Positions 47,010 to 58,689 are shown, counted from the first letter of the stretch. The stretch: 64,000 nt of DNA from Spirochaetia bacterium (GCA_965208575.1 CBDBOV010000004.1:128001-192000); one strand, 5' to 3'. Numbers and translations are program-made. Notes: a model not told the origin generated them from the letters alone.

Positions 47010-47465
47010 GTGGCGAGGATCCTGGGCCTGGATGTCGGCTCCCGTCGTGTCGGCGTCGCGCTGAGCGATGCCACGCGCAGCATCGCAGCGCCGTACGCCA
47101 CCATTACCCACCGCGGCGTGCGCCGGCTGGTGGCCGAACTGGTCGCCGTGTGCCACGTGGAGCAGGTTTCGGAGGTGGTAATCGGCATCCCGCGCCAGGC
47201 CGACGGCCGCGCCGGAACTGCCGCACGGCTGCCGAAGCGGGTCGCGGAGGAGTTGCGCCACGCGGGATACCAGGTCGATCTCTGGGACGAGCGCGGCACG
47301 ACGGTGGACGCCCGCCGGCTGCTGGCCGGCAACGTGCCGGCGCGACGCGCACGCGCACGGGGCATGGTGGACCGGATTGCCGCGGCCCTGATCCTGCAGT
47401 CATACCTGGAGGCCGTCCCTCAGCGGGGCTCGGGAGGCGCCGCTCCCCCGGACCGCAGCGGCTGA
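47010..47465 (+). CDS. ruvX: YqgF/RuvX pre-16S rRNA nuclease
   Basis: ILGLDVGSRRVGVALSD, WDERGTT, VDRIAAALILQSYL. Confidence 0.93.
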   Translation: MARILGLDVGSRRVGVALSDATRSIAAPYATITHRGVRRLVAELVAVCHVEQVSEVVIGIPRQADGRAGTAARLPKRVAEELRHAGYQVDLWDERGTTVDARRLLAGNVPARRARARGMVDRIAAALILQSYLEAVPQRGSGGAAPPDRSG

Positions 47466-47478
47466 CGCCGGCGCTCCG

Positions 47479-50160
47479 ATGGCCAAGGAACCCACCCCGA
47501 TGATGGTCCAGTACCGGGCGCTGAAGAACCGCCATCGGGACGCCATCCTCTTCTTTCGGCTGGGCGATTTCTACGAAATGTTCGACGCCGACGCCAGGGA
47601 GGCTGCCGAGTTGCTGGACATCGCCCTCACGCAGAGAAACGGCATGCCGATGTGCGGCGTGCCTCATCACTCCGCGCGCTCCTACATCGCCCGCCTGCTC
47701 AAGGCGGGACGCCGGGTGGCGGTATGCGAACAGACCTCGCTCCCGAGCGCCGGCAAGGGCATCGCGCGCCGCGAAGTGGTGGAGGTGGTCACGCCCGGGA
47801 CCGTGCTCGACGAGGAGTTGCTCGATGGTGGCAGCAACAACTTCCTGGTCGCCGTCGGTTGCATGGCGGGCCGTGGCGGCGACCGTCGGGCAGCGGAGGG
47901 CAAGGTAGCGCTGGCCGCGCTCGACCTGTCGACCGGCGAATTCCGCGCCACGGCGTTCGCGCTCGCCGACGCCGCCGCGCGCCTGGCAGATGAATTGGCG
48001 CGGCTGGCTCCGCGCGAGCTGCTGGTGCAGGAGTCGCTGCTGGACGACTCGCCGCCGGTCGCGCGCGCCATCCATCAGCACATTCCGCGCTCGACCGTCG
48101 TGCAGCGGTATCCTGACTGGCAGTTCGACGTTGCCGGCGGCGCTGAAACGCTGTGCGAGTTGTTCGGCGTAACCAACTTGAAAGCGTTCGGCCTGCGCCT
48201 CGACTCGCCCGAGCTGGCTCCGGCCGGGTTGCTGGTGAGCTTCGCCCGCCAGACGGCTCGACACAGCCTCGCTCACCTTGAGGGTATCCACGTTTACGGC
48301 CGCGACTCGTTCGTCACGCTGGACGAAACCGCGCAGCGCAGCCTGGAGCTGGTACGCAACCTGGAGGACGGCTCGCGGGAACGGACGCTGCTCGCCGTCC
48401 TGGACCACACCCGCACGCCGATGGGCGCCCGCCTGCTGCGCCGCGCGATCCTGGAACCGTTGTGCGACCGGAACGCGATTGCCGCTCGGCTTGACGCGGT
48501 AGAATCACTGTTCCGGCGACAGCACCTGCTCACCGCGGTGCGCGAGCGGCTGCGCCGGATCTCCGACCTGGAGCGGCTGGCGGGGCGGGTGGCACTGGCG
48601 CGCGCCCATCCCCGAGATCTGCGCGCCATCGCCGACAGCGTACGCGCCGCCGCGGAGGTCTCCCGTGTTCTGATTGACGGCGGCGCGGAGGCGCTCGCCG
48701 CTCCATTGACGGCCGCGGCCGGCGCCGCGGAACAGGTCGCCGCACTGGTCGAAGAAGCGGTAGTGAACGAACCGCCGTTGTCAATCAATGATGGTGGAAT
48801 CATACGTGCGGGTTACGATGCGGAGCTGGACCGCGTGCGAGCGGTCCATGAAGACGCCGAGACCGTGCTGCACTCCTATCTTGAGGAGGAACGCGAGCGG
48901 TCCGGCATCGCAACGCTGCGGCTGCGCCACAACCGTGTTCTGGGGCGATTCCTGGAGGTTACCCGCGCTCAGGCAGCGCGCGTGCCCAGCCACTTCGTGC
49001 GCCGGCAATCGCTCGTTGCGGGCGAACGCTTCACCACCGAACGCCTGGCCCAGCTCGACAGCGAAATCAGCGCGGCCGGCGAGCAGATCCGGGAGCTGGA
49101 GCGGGACCGCTTCCTCGCGCTCAGGCAGCAGGTGACCGGCTCCGTACCCGCGCTGCTGGCGCTCGCCCGCGTGCTCGCCGGCGTGGACCTGGCGCACGGC
49201 CTCGCATTGGCTGCGACTACCGGCGGCTACACGCGGCCCGAACTGGCCGAGCCTGGCAGCGGCATCCGCATACGGGAAGGCCGCCACCCGGTGGTGGAGG
49301 CCATGCTGCCGGCCGGAGCGTTCGTGCCGAACGATCTTCACCTGGATCCCGGCGCCACGCGGTTCGTGCTGCTTACCGGACCCAACATGGCGGGCAAGTC
49401 CACCTATCTCCGGCAAACCGCGCTTATCGTTCTGCTTGCGCAGATCGGCTCCTTCGTACCGGCGGAGGAGGCGCGCATAGGGATTGTGGACGGCGTCTTC
49501 TGCCGCGTGGGGGCGAGCGACAACCTCACGCGCGGCGAGTCGACATTCCTGGTGGAGATGAACGAGACGGCGCGGATCCTGCGCGCGGCAACGGATCGCA
49601 GTTTCATCATCCTGGACGAGATCGGGAGGGGCACCAGCACCGAGGACGGGCGCGCCATTGCGTGGGCGGTATGCGAGCACCTGCTGGGTGTGGTGCGGGC
49701 GCAGACGCTGTTTGCCACCCACCTGCGCGAACTTACCGAGATTCGTCACCCGCACGCCGCCAACTACTCGATGCAGGTGGAGGATGACGGCGGCGAGGTG
49801 GTATTTCTGAAGCGGGTGGCGGCCGGCGCCGCCGACCAGTCGTACGGCGTGCACGTTGCCGCTCTCGCCGGCGTGCCCGACGCAGTCGTGGCGCGTGCGC
49901 GCGAGTTGCTGCGCGAGCCCGCCGCCGGATCCGGCGCCGCCTTCGGGGCCGGTGCGTCGGCTGCCGTCGCGGCGCGCGCGTCCGACACCGACGCGGAACC
50001 GGAACCGCCCGCTTCCGTATTTCGCCAGGGTGCGCTGTTCTCGTCGCACGAACTGGTCGGCCGGGCGGTGGCGGCGCTGGACGTGGACGCCACCACGCCG
50101 CTGGACGCGTTGCGGCTCCTGGCGCGCTGGCAGCGCGAACTGCGCCGGGACCAGCCGTGA
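47479..50160 (+). CDS. mutS: DNA mismatch repair protein
   Basis: TPMMVQY, GDFYEMF, TGPNMAGKST, STFLVEM, DEIGRGTS. Confidence 0.97.
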   Translation: MAKEPTPMMVQYRALKNRHRDAILFFRLGDFYEMFDADAREAAELLDIALTQRNGMPMCGVPHHSARSYIARLLKAGRRVAVCEQTSLPSAGKGIARREVVEVVTPGTVLDEELLDGGSNNFLVAVGCMAGRGGDRRAAEGKVALAALDLSTGEFRATAFALADAAARLADELARLAPRELLVQESLLDDSPPVARAIHQHIPRSTVVQRYPDWQFDVAGGAETLCELFGVTNLKAFGLRLDSPELAPAGLLVSFARQTARHSLAHLEGIHVYGRDSFVTLDETAQRSLELVRNLEDGSRERTLLAVLDHTRTPMGARLLRRAILEPLCDRNAIAARLDAVESLFRRQHLLTAVRERLRRISDLERLAGRVALARAHPRDLRAIADSVRAAAEVSRVLIDGGAEALAAPLTAAAGAAEQVAALVEEAVVNEPPLSINDGGIIRAGYDAELDRVRAVHEDAETVLHSYLEEERERSGIATLRLRHNRVLGRFLEVTRAQAARVPSHFVRRQSLVAGERFTTERLAQLDSEISAAGEQIRELERDRFLALRQQVTGSVPALLALARVLAGVDLAHGLALAATTGGYTRPELAEPGSGIRIREGRHPVVEAMLPAGAFVPNDLHLDPGATRFVLLTGPNMAGKSTYLRQTALIVLLAQIGSFVPAEEARIGIVDGVFCRVGASDNLTRGESTFLVEMNETARILRAATDRSFIILDEIGRGTSTEDGRAIAWAVCEHLLGVVRAQTLFATHLRELTEIRHPHAANYSMQVEDDGGEVVFLKRVAAGAADQSYGVHVAALAGVPDAVVARARELLREPAAGSGAAFGAGASAAVAARASDTDAEPEPPASVFRQGALFSSHELVGRAVAALDVDATTPLDALRLLARWQRELRRDQP

Positions 50161-50876
50161 GCGCGGCCGGTTCGCAGCGCATCGTCGCCGCGGTACTGGA
50201 CGTGCTGTTTCCTCAGGCCTGCGGCGGCTGCGGCGGCGAACTCCCGACCGGGGCCGGCGCGGTGCCGCTGTGCGGCCGCTGTCGAGGCGTGCTCGGCGGC
50301 GAGCAGCGCCGCCTGCGCGACCACTGCCCGCGCTGTGGCGCGCCGGTAATGCGGGAGCAGGACGTCCCGTGCCTGCGCTGCCGCGCCCGCGACCTGGCGT
50401 TTGCTTCGCATGAAGCGCTGTTCGACTACCGCGGCCTGGCCCGCGAACTGGTGCGGCAGTTCAAGTTCTCCGGGCGCACCGGCCTGGCGCGCCTGTTCGC
50501 CGAGTTGCTCGCGGTGCGCGTTGAAGCCGCCTATCGCGGCTGCGTGGTGGTGCCGGTGCCCGCGCGTGGCGGGCGGGTGCGCCGCCACGGCTACGACGCG
50601 GTCGACCTGGTGGTCCGGCAACTGCAGACCACCCACCGGTGTTGCGTCCGGCGGTTGCTGCACCGGCGCGGCGGCCGCCAGCTCAAGGGTCTCGGGCGGG
50701 CCGACCGGCAAGCCAGCATCGCCGGCCGGCTGCGCCTGACCCACCCGCCGCCGAGGCGTGCACTGCTCCTGATCGACGACGTGTATACCACCGGCGCCAC
50801 CGCGCACGAGTGCGCCGCCGTCCTCGTCGCCGGCGGCGCTCCGGAGGTGCGCGTGCTGACCCTTGCACAGGACTGA
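50157..50876 (+). CDS. comF: ComF-family protein (double Zn ribbon plus PRTase fold)
   Basis: Four CxxC pairs; VPVP; LLIDDVYTTGAT. Confidence 0.9.
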   Translation: MSAAGSQRIVAAVLDVLFPQACGGCGGELPTGAGAVPLCGRCRGVLGGEQRRLRDHCPRCGAPVMREQDVPCLRCRARDLAFASHEALFDYRGLARELVRQFKFSGRTGLARLFAELLAVRVEAAYRGCVVVPVPARGGRVRRHGYDAVDLVVRQLQTTHRCCVRRLLHRRGGRQLKGLGRADRQASIAGRLRLTHPPPRRALLLIDDVYTTGATAHECAAVLVAGGAPEVRVLTLAQD

Positions 50877-50951
50877 ACCGGCTCCCGCCGGGACGCTGCG
50901 CGGGCGCGCATCGTCAGCGCATCCCGGCGGTTCGAATTGCGCGTTCCTGGG

Positions 50952-50980
50952 TTGACAGCCGGGCACGCATGGGCTAGTTT
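50952..50980 (+). promoter_or_regulatory. Sigma70 promoter of the rimP-nusA operon (TTGACA-17-TAGTTT)
   Basis: -35 at 50952-50957, -10 at 50975-50980. Confidence 0.7.
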
Positions 50981-51008
50981 ACTGGTAGCACTCTAAGGCA
51001 AGTGAGCG

Positions 51009-51036
51009 AGGAGTCGGTCGTACGGCTCCTTTTTTT
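51009..51036 (+). terminator. Intrinsic terminator in the rimP leader (attenuator)
   Basis: AGGAGTCG-GTCGTA-CGGCTCCT hairpin followed by a T run, between the promoter and the rimP start. Confidence 0.8.
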
Positions 51037-51045
51037 ATGCAGAGC

Positions 51046-51537
51046 ATGCTTCCCTATGGCACGGCACAGGACAGGTTGGAACGGCGTCTCTGGTCGGTGC
51101 TGGAACCGGTCATCAACGCGGCCGGGTTCCAGTGCGTCGACTTGCAGCTACAGCGCAACCGGCGGGCGCAACGTCTCGGGGTGATCGTGTATCGCGCCGA
51201 TGGTGTGGACGCCGCATCCCTGGAATCCCTTGCGCGGGAGATTCACTTCCAATTGCCGCTCATCGGCGACGCTCCGGGAACCGACCTCGCCGACGTTACC
51301 CTGGAGGTGAGTTCTCCGGGAGTGGATCGTGTCCTGCGTGCGCCGCGCGAGTATGCGATCTTCACCAGCAAGGCGGTTCGAGTCCTGCGCGGCGACGCAA
51401 CGGAGTGGGAGGCGGCCGTGATCGTTTCCTCGGTGGGAGAGACCGTGACCCTGCAATTCGACCGCGGCGAGGAGACGGTTCCGATTGCGACCATCCGGCG
51501 AGCCCAACTCACCGGCGCTGAGAGAGGGAGTACCTGA
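51046..51537 (+). CDS. rimP: Ribosome maturation factor
   Basis: LEVSSPGVDRVL; upstream of nusA. Confidence 0.9.
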   Translation: MLPYGTAQDRLERRLWSVLEPVINAAGFQCVDLQLQRNRRAQRLGVIVYRADGVDAASLESLAREIHFQLPLIGDAPGTDLADVTLEVSSPGVDRVLRAPREYAIFTSKAVRVLRGDATEWEAAVIVSSVGETVTLQFDRGEETVPIATIRRAQLTGAERGST

Positions 51538-51541
51538 GCAC

Positions 51542-53326
51542 ATGTCGAGTGAAATGGCACTGGCAATACGCCAGCTCATACAGGAGCGTGGAATCTCGGA
51601 AGAACTGGTGTTGCATACCATCGAGGACACCCTCCTGGCGGCGTACAAGCGCAAGTTCGGCACCATCGACAATGCCGTGGTACGCTTTGCCGACGACGGC
51701 GCCGACGTGTCGATCTACGCGCAGAAGAGGATCGTCCCGGCCGACGAAATCGACGATCCGGCACTGGAGATCTCATTGAAGGACGCGTTGGAGTACAACG
51801 ACGATGCCGAGCTCGGCGACGAATTGCTTATCGAAATCAATCCGCGCGACTTCGACCGCGTGTCGATCCAGAGTGCCAAGCAGAAGGCGCGCCAGTCACT
51901 GCGGGAAATACAAAAGGACACGCTGTACTCCGAGTTCAAGGATCGCGAGGGAGAGCTGATCGTAGGCTACTACCAGCGCGAGCGCAACGGCACGATTTTT
52001 GTGGACCTCGGCCGCACCGAGGGCATTCTGCCGCGCCGCTACCAGTCTCCGCGCGAGATCTACCGCGCCAATGACCGGGTCCGGGCGATGATCTACGAAG
52101 TCGAGAAGTCGGCGCTCGGCCTGCAGATCGTGCTTACCCGAACCCATACCGAGTTCGTCAAGAAGATATTCGAGCTGGAAGTACCCGAGATCTACGACCG
52201 CACGATCGAGATTCACAAGATGGTGCGGGAGCCCGGCTACCGCACCAAGATGTCGGTCTATTCGACGCGCGACGATGTCGATCCGGTGGGCGCGTGCGTT
52301 GGCATGCGCGGGGTCCGCATCCAGACCGTGGTGCGCGAACTCGAGGGCGAGAAGATAGACGTTCTGCGCTACGACCCGGACGTGCGTTCGTTCATCACCG
52401 AAGCGTTGAAGCCGGCCGAGGTGGAGCAGGTCATCATCCTGGATGAGGCCAAGCGGCAGGCGTTGGCCGTGGTGCCCGAGAGCCAGTTCTCGCTGGCCAT
52501 CGGCAAGCAGGGACTGAATGTGCGGCTGGCCAACCGCCTGACCGATTGGAGCATCGACGTGCGCACCCGCGTGCAGGTCAACGAGATGAATATCGGGGCC
52601 GAGTCGCAGCGCGCGGCGGCGGCCCTGTTCGGCGACGTGCAGGAGGAAATCACCGACGTCGCCGAGTTGCCCGGCATCGTGCCGCGCGTGGCAGCAGCGT
52701 TGAAGGCGGTGGGCGTCGAACTCCTGGAGACGCTGGTCGCCATGGACGAGCAGCAGTTGCGCGCGGTACCGGAGCTGTCCGACGACGATGTCGGCGACCT
52801 GCTCAAGCTCATCGAGGAGAACGTGGAGATCGTCGACGAGGAGCCGGAGCCGGAAGTCGGCGAGGAGTTCGGCGCGGCCGAGTCGGAGCGTACCGTGCGG
52901 CCGGCGCAGCCGAACAGCGCCAGCGCCGACGTTGCGGCGACGCCAGCGCCTGACGCCGTCCAACCTGTCGTCCCCGACCCACCTGTCGCGGAGGCAGAGG
53001 CGGCGGAGGCGAGTGCTCGGACGTTCGATGCCGGCGAGCGTGTCGACGGCGACGACGGTGATGACATCGATGACATCGATGACGGCGGCGACGCCTACCG
53101 CGTCGTTCTGGCGAGCGAGCTACCCGGTATGCCGGACGCGATCAGTACCGCGCTGCGCACCGCCAGCCTGGACGATGTCGCGGAACTGGTATCGATGAGC
53201 GAACGGCAGCTCGGTCAGATCGCGGGCCTGACCGGCGATGACGTGGCAACATTGCTCCGCGTGATCGAGGAGAACGTGGAAGTGGTGGAGGAAGAGACGG
53301 ACACCGCGGTGGACGAGGTCAAGTAG
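51542..53326 (+). CDS. nusA: Transcription termination factor NusA with duplicated C-terminal helical domain
   Basis: S1 and KH domains, [28 protein letters not shown]. Confidence 0.97.
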   Translation: MSSEMALAIRQLIQERGISEELVLHTIEDTLLAAYKRKFGTIDNAVVRFADDGADVSIYAQKRIVPADEIDDPALEISLKDALEYNDDAELGDELLIEINPRDFDRVSIQSAKQKARQSLREIQKDTLYSEFKDREGELIVGYYQRERNGTIFVDLGRTEGILPRRYQSPREIYRANDRVRAMIYEVEKSALGLQIVLTRTHTEFVKKIFELEVPEIYDRTIEIHKMVREPGYRTKMSVYSTRDDVDPVGACVGMRGVRIQTVVRELEGEKIDVLRYDPDVRSFITEALKPAEVEQVIILDEAKRQALAVVPESQFSLAIGKQGLNVRLANRLTDWSIDVRTRVQVNEMNIGAESQRAAAALFGDVQEEITDVAELPGIVPRVAAALKAVGVELLETLVAMDEQQLRAVPELSDDDVGDLLKLIEENVEIVDEEPEPEVGEEFGAAESERTVRPAQPNSASADVAATPAPDAVQPVVPDPPVAEAEAAEASARTFDAGERVDGDDGDDIDDIDDGGDAYRVVLASELPGMPDAISTALRTASLDDVAELVSMSERQLGQIAGLTGDDVATLLRVIEENVEVVEEETDTAVDEVK

Positions 53327-53471
53327 CGGCACCGGTGGTTGCCGAACCGAATCGCGTGGCGCGATTGACAGGAGTGGTTCGCTTGCCGGATACTCCTGAC
53401 TTGCCCCGGCGGCTGCGGTTGCTACGATACGAATGTAGGATTCGCCCGGCACGGCATTATACTTACTGAGA

Positions 53472-56400
53472 ATGAGCGACGAGAAGAATACGCCATCGCC
53501 CAATCCTTCCACCGAGCGCCCGGACACGGAAGAGAAAAAAGCGCGCCCTCGCGCTACTCTGATCAAGCGCAAGCCAGAGCAGAAGAGAGTTGCGCCAACC
53601 CCGCCGCGTGCCGACGAGCGCCCCGCGGGAGCCGCCCCGGCGTCGCCGGCACGGTCACGGCCCAGCCGCCCCGGCGGCGGAGCAGGTGAGGACCGCCGGC
53701 GTATCGTGGTGGTCAAGAAACAGCGCCGCACCGTGGTGGTGAAGCGCCGGCCGCCCGGAGCGGCGATGGCGAAGCCGGACGCGGGGCAACGCACGCCGCA
53801 ACGCACGGTTGCCGACGCCGAGGCCCCCAAGGCAGGGCCTTCCGCTCCGGCGAGTGCGCCGTCTCCCGCGCCGCGACCGGACGGTGGCGCGCGCGGTGTG
53901 CGGCCGTCTGCTGCGCCGCCAACCGGTACCCGCCCCGCGGGCTCACCGCCGGGGGGAAGGGCGCCGGGTCCGCCCCCCGGTTCACCTTCTCCGCCTGCCA
54001 TACCTTCTTCGCCGCCGCCGCCTCGTGCGGCCGCGCGCCCGGAAGGCCCGCCGCGTCCGCGCCCGGCGACACCGAGGGAACGGCCGGTTCGGCGTGGCCC
54101 GGCCCCGGACCGACCTCCGTTGGCCAGGCGGCCCGGCAGTGGATCCGATACCCCGGTGCGCGGTAACGGCGGCCCGCGAATCGGTTCCACCGGCCGCCGG
54201 TTGACCTCGTCAGCGGATCGAATCCGCGCTACCGAACAGCCGTTGCGGCCGTTGTCCCGCGCCAGCGAGAACGATCAACCGATCCTCGATTTCCGCGATC
54301 GTTTTCCGCGCCGGTCATCGCCCAGGGCGGGCGGTCGCCCCGGTACGCCAACCGGGCGACCGGGCCAGCGGCCGCCGGCAGACCGCGGGCCGCGGCGTCC
54401 GGGAGCCGGCGGGCTGCGCGGCGGTCCGCCCCCTCGGGGCCGATCCACCACCGGCCGCGGCGGTCCGCGCCTTACCATGCCGCGCAGCGGCGGCGCGCCT
54501 CAGGGTCCACCGCCGGATGGCCGCACCGGTGGCAAGAAGTTCTTCCGAACCAGGCGGCGCAGCAGCGTTGGCTACAACATCGGTCCCGAAGAGCATGAGG
54601 AAAAGCTCACCCTCAACCGCAAGAAACCGATTCCGGTCGCCAATCCGGTGCCCAAGGAGATCGACATCCTGGAGGTCATCACCGTCTCCGAACTGGCTCG
54701 CAAGCTCAATCTGAAGGCGTCCGACCTGATCGCCAAGCTGATGGCGATGGGCACCATGGTGACCATCAATCAGCAGATCGACTCCGACACCGCCACGTTG
54801 CTGGCGGAGGAATACGGTTCCAAGGTCAACGTTGTTTCGCTGTTTGACGAGACCGTCATCGAAGAAGATGAGGACACGCCCGATCTCATGCAGTCGCGGC
54901 CTCCCATTGTCACCATCATGGGTCACGTCGATCATGGCAAGACGAAGCTGCTCGATGCGATTCGCGAGACCAATGTTGCCGATGGAGAGGCCGGCGGCAT
55001 CACGCAGCACATCGGCGCCTATTCGGTTGAAACTCCCGGCGGCAGAATCGCCTTTCTCGACACCCCCGGCCACGCGGCGTTCACCGAGATGCGGGCGCGC
55101 GGCGCCCAGCTCACCGACATCGTGGTGCTGGTGGTGGCCGCGGATGACGGGCTCATGCCGCAAACGGTCGAAGCGATCAACCACGCCAAGGCAGCCAAGG
55201 TTCCGATCATCGTTGCCGTCAACAAGATCGATCTGCCCGACGCCAGACCGGAACGCGTGCGCCAGCAGTTGTCCGGCCATGATCTGATCTCGGAAGAGTG
55301 GGGCGGCAATACGCTGTTCAACGAGATTTCCGCGCTGCGCGGCACCGGTATCGACAAGTTGTTGGAGAACATCCTGTTGCAGGCCGAGTTGCTGGAGCTC
55401 AAGGCGAACTACGACGCCCGCGCGGTGGGCCGCGTGGTGGAGTCCGCGGTGGACCTTGGACGCGGCATCGTGGCGACGGTGATGATCCAGAAGGGCACCC
55501 TGCGTACCGGAGACTCGTTTGTCGGAGGGGTGTTCCCGGGCAAGGTGCGCGCCATGTTCACCGACCGCGGCACGCGCGTCAGCGAGGCGGTACCGTCACA
55601 GCCGGTACAGATCGTCGGGCTGACCGGTTTGCCCGATGCCGGCGATCCGTTCCAGGCAACCGACAACGAAAAGACCGCTCGCCAGGTAGGCACCAAACGG
55701 CAGGAGTTGAAGAAAGCCGAAGAAGCTCAGAATGTTACCAAGGTCACCCTCGACAACCTCTACGAGCAGATCAGCGAAGGCGAGGTGGAGGAATTGAAGC
55801 TGATCATCAAGGGCGACGTACACGGATCGGTGGAGGCGCTGCGCAGTGCCCTCGAGCGGCTCAGCACCCGGGAGATCAAGCTTACCGTGATCCACTCGGC
55901 GGCCGGCGCGGTAAACAAGGATGACGTGGCGCTGGCATCCGCTTCCAACGCGATCATCATCGGATTCCACATCCGGGCCACGCCCAACGCGCAGGCGATG
56001 GCCGACCAGGAGAAGGTGGAGATTCGCAAGTACGACATCATCTACGAGGTGATCGACGACATCCGTGCCGCCATGGAGGGCATGCTCGCCCCCGACATCG
56101 TCGAGGACACGGTCGGCCACGTCGAGGTTCGCGAACTGTTCCGCATTTCCCGCGTCGGCACCATTGCCGGCAGCTACGTACAGTCCGGCCGGGTGAGACG
56201 CGGCGCTCTGGCGCAGGTCACCCGCGACGGACGGCCGTTGTATCGCAACCGCATCGTCACCCTGCGTCGCTTCAAGGACGATGTCCGCGAGGTGGAAACG
56301 GGATTCGAATGCGGTATTCGCATCGAAGGGTTCAATGACCTCAAGGTAGGGGACATTCTCGAGGTGATCGAACAGCGTACGGTGGCAAAGAAACTTGGCG

Positions 56401-56483
56401 AGCCCGCCACCAACGGAACGGCAAGCCACGCGGGCCGGGAACGCCGCGCACAACATGTCGGAGCTGCGGCTCAGAAAGGTTGA
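53472..56483 (+). CDS. infB: Translation initiation factor IF-2
   Basis: [27 protein letters not shown]; long Pro/Arg-rich N-terminus. Confidence 0.98.
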   Translation: MSDEKNTPSPNPSTERPDTEEKKARPRATLIKRKPEQKRVAPTPPRADERPAGAAPASPARSRPSRPGGGAGEDRRRIVVVKKQRRTVVVKRRPPGAAMAKPDAGQRTPQRTVADAEAPKAGPSAPASAPSPAPRPDGGARGVRPSAAPPTGTRPAGSPPGGRAPGPPPGSPSPPAIPSSPPPPRAAARPEGPPRPRPATPRERPVRRGPAPDRPPLARRPGSGSDTPVRGNGGPRIGSTGRRLTSSADRIRATEQPLRPLSRASENDQPILDFRDRFPRRSSPRAGGRPGTPTGRPGQRPPADRGPRRPGAGGLRGGPPPRGRSTTGRGGPRLTMPRSGGAPQGPPPDGRTGGKKFFRTRRRSSVGYNIGPEEHEEKLTLNRKKPIPVANPVPKEIDILEVITVSELARKLNLKASDLIAKLMAMGTMVTINQQIDSDTATLLAEEYGSKVNVVSLFDETVIEEDEDTPDLMQSRPPIVTIMGHVDHGKTKLLDAIRETNVADGEAGGITQHIGAYSVETPGGRIAFLDTPGHAAFTEMRARGAQLTDIVVLVVAADDGLMPQTVEAINHAKAAKVPIIVAVNKIDLPDARPERVRQQLSGHDLISEEWGGNTLFNEISALRGTGIDKLLENILLQAELLELKANYDARAVGRVVESAVDLGRGIVATVMIQKGTLRTGDSFVGGVFPGKVRAMFTDRGTRVSEAVPSQPVQIVGLTGLPDAGDPFQATDNEKTARQVGTKRQELKKAEEAQNVTKVTLDNLYEQISEGEVEELKLIIKGDVHGSVEALRSALERLSTREIKLTVIHSAAGAVNKDDVALASASNAIIIGFHIRATPNAQAMADQEKVEIRKYDIIYEVIDDIRAAMEGMLAPDIVEDTVGHVEVRELFRISRVGTIAGSYVQSGRVRRGALAQVTRDGRPLYRNRIVTLRRFKDDVREVETGFECGIRIEGFNDLKVGDILEVIEQRTVAKKLGEPATNGTASHAGRERRAQHVGAAAQKG

Positions 56484-56802
56484 GAGCTTTCTCGCCGCCG
56501 AGATAAGCAGTCTCATCAGCAGCAAGGCTCTCAAGGATCCTCGTGTCGAGTCGCTGGTTACCGTGGCCGGCGTGCGCGTTGCCAAGGACCTCACCTCGGC
56601 GCGCATCTACGTCTCCTACTTCGGCGAGGAAGCGGTGCTCGACAACACCGTGGCGGCCTTGAATCACGCGGCGGGATTCGTGCAGGCGCGCATCGGCCGC
56701 AAACTGCGCATGCGCCACACGCCGAGGCTGCGCTTCATCGCCGACACCTCCATTTCCGATGGGTTCCGCGTCACTCAACAGATCAGGGAAGTCAACGGTT
56801 GA
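56455..56802 (+). CDS. rbfA: Ribosome-binding factor A
   Basis: LKDPRV, DLTSARIYVS, MRHTPRLRFIAD. Confidence 0.95.
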   Translation: MSELRLRKVESFLAAEISSLISSKALKDPRVESLVTVAGVRVAKDLTSARIYVSYFGEEAVLDNTVAALNHAAGFVQARIGRKLRMRHTPRLRFIADTSISDGFRVTQQIREVNG

Positions 56803-56827
56803 TTCCGGTCCAGCGGCGACGCCGGCC

Positions 56828-57772
56828 GTGGACGGACTGGTGCTGCTGGACAAGCCGCGAGGGGTCACCAGCTTTCAGTGCCTCGGCCGGATCAAGCGAG
56901 TGCTCGGAACGCGGCGCGTTGGACATGTCGGCACACTCGATCCGTTCGCCAGCGGCCTGCTCGGCGCCGTTACCGGACGTGCCACGCGTCTTGCCGGCCT
57001 CCTGAGTGGACTCGACAAGTGCTATCTGGCCACCATCCGGTTCGGCCGTGAAACCGACACGCTCGATCCCGAGGGTGCGGTGGTCGGTCGGGCTCCGGTA
57101 CCGGAGTTGGACGCCATCCGGCGCGTACTGCCGGCGCTGACCGGCCGCTTGCGCCAGCGGCCGCCCGCCTTTTCCGCCATCCGGATAGCCGGCCGGCGCG
57201 CCTACACGATGGCGCGGCGCGGCGAGGCTCCCGTTCTCCCGTTGCGCGAAGTTACCGTGACGGCAGCCGAGCCGATTGACTGGCAGCCGCCCGACCTGAC
57301 TGTGAAGCTGACCTGCAGTGCGGGGACCTACGTTCGTTCCTGGGCGCGCGACCTCGGCTCGGCTGCCGCGTCGCGCGCCTACGTCGTGCAACTGCGGCGC
57401 TTGTCGATCGGCCCGTTCAGCAGCGACAACTCGGTGGCGCCGTGCGACTTTGCCTGTGACCATGTGCAGCCTCCGGCGGCGTTCCTGTGCCGCCTGCCGG
57501 GCGTGAGCACGGTGCGGGTCAAGCCACGGTTTCGCCGCTCCGTGGTGCACGGTCAGCCGCTGGCCGGCCACTTTTTCGCGAGCGATCCGGATGCGGACGC
57601 CGACTATTGCGCGGTCCTGGATGACGACGACTGTCTGCTTGCCGTGTTGCGCCGGCGCTCCGCCCGCGGTCCCGCCCGCCCGGCGTCCGTCGTCGAACAC
57701 GCCCCGGACGCCCCGGACGGCCCCGCGGCGAGCATCGGCTGGAGTTACGCAGGTGTGTTCTGCGACCATTAG
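56828..57772 (+). CDS. truB: tRNA pseudouridine(55) synthase
   Basis: LDKPRGVTS, GHVGTLDPFASG, QRPPAFSA, CSAGTYVRS. Start approximate. Confidence 0.95.
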   Translation: MDGLVLLDKPRGVTSFQCLGRIKRVLGTRRVGHVGTLDPFASGLLGAVTGRATRLAGLLSGLDKCYLATIRFGRETDTLDPEGAVVGRAPVPELDAIRRVLPALTGRLRQRPPAFSAIRIAGRRAYTMARRGEAPVLPLREVTVTAAEPIDWQPPDLTVKLTCSAGTYVRSWARDLGSAAASRAYVVQLRRLSIGPFSSDNSVAPCDFACDHVQPPAAFLCRLPGVSTVRVKPRFRRSVVHGQPLAGHFFASDPDADADYCAVLDDDDCLLAVLRRRSARGPARPASVVEHAPDAPDGPAASIGWSYAGVFCDH

Positions 57773-57793
57773 CAGCTTGTTGCCGAGTCGCGC

Positions 57794-58684
57794 ATGATCA
57801 CCACTACCTGGTCTGCGCTGACCGGCGGCAGCGCGCCGATCAGCGGTCCGGCCGCCCTCACGATCGGCGCGTTCGATGGCATTCACCTCGGCCACCGCCG
57901 GATTCTGCGTGAACTCCGGTCGCGGGCCGGGCAGCTTCGCCGTGACCACGTGACCGCGCCCGGCTGCGTGGTGCTGACGTTCCGGGAGCATCCGCGCGCC
58001 GTGCTGACCGGACGCCATCCGGGAGTCCTGACCACTCAGCGTCAGCGGCAGGCACAGTTCGCCGCCCTTGGCGTTACCTGTCTGGTCATGATTGACTTTT
58101 CCGCCGGTTTTAGTAGACTAACGGGGCGGGAGTTTGTCGGAGCGTTACGCAGCGGCATGTCTCTCCAGACTTTGGTGGTCGGTGAAGACTTCCGTTGCGG
58201 CCGCGGACGCGACACCGACGTGGAAGAGTTGCAACGGTTGTTGGCTCCCGCCGGGGTCCGCGTGGTAGCAGTTCCCGCGGTTATCGCGGGCGCTTCCGCG
58301 GTAAGCAGCACCAGGATACGCGCTGCTGTGCGGGATGGAGACTTCGCAGTGACCCGAGACTTGATGGGCCGTCCGTTCGAGGTTGATCTGCACACTGCTT
58401 GCGGTAAGATTGCACGTTCCGATTCCGGTCATCCCGGCGAACGCAGTTTCGCCGTTGCGGTGGACCGTATTGAGCAGGTTCTGCCGAAGCCGGGCTCCTA
58501 TGCCGTCTCCGCCGTGTTCCCGGATCGAGACCCGGTGACCACGGTCGTCACGGTCACGACCGATCAGATTTGCGGTACCTTGCCGGAACGGATGCGCGAG
58601 GTTCCGGCGGAACTGCGCTTTCACCGGCGCTTGGAACGGAGTGTGCCCGGTGTCTCCCCGACAGCACACATACAGGAGAAGTAA
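57794..58684 (+). CDS. ribF: FAD synthetase (RibF-like) with degenerate kinase domain
   Basis: [26 protein letters not shown]. No GRxxGFPTAN motif in the C-terminal part. Confidence 0.85.
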   Translation: MITTTWSALTGGSAPISGPAALTIGAFDGIHLGHRRILRELRSRAGQLRRDHVTAPGCVVLTFREHPRAVLTGRHPGVLTTQRQRQAQFAALGVTCLVMIDFSAGFSRLTGREFVGALRSGMSLQTLVVGEDFRCGRGRDTDVEELQRLLAPAGVRVVAVPAVIAGASAVSSTRIRAAVRDGDFAVTRDLMGRPFEVDLHTACGKIARSDSGHPGERSFAVAVDRIEQVLPKPGSYAVSAVFPDRDPVTTVVTVTTDQICGTLPERMREVPAELRFHRRLERSVPGVSPTAHIQEK

Positions 58685-58689
58685 GGAAA

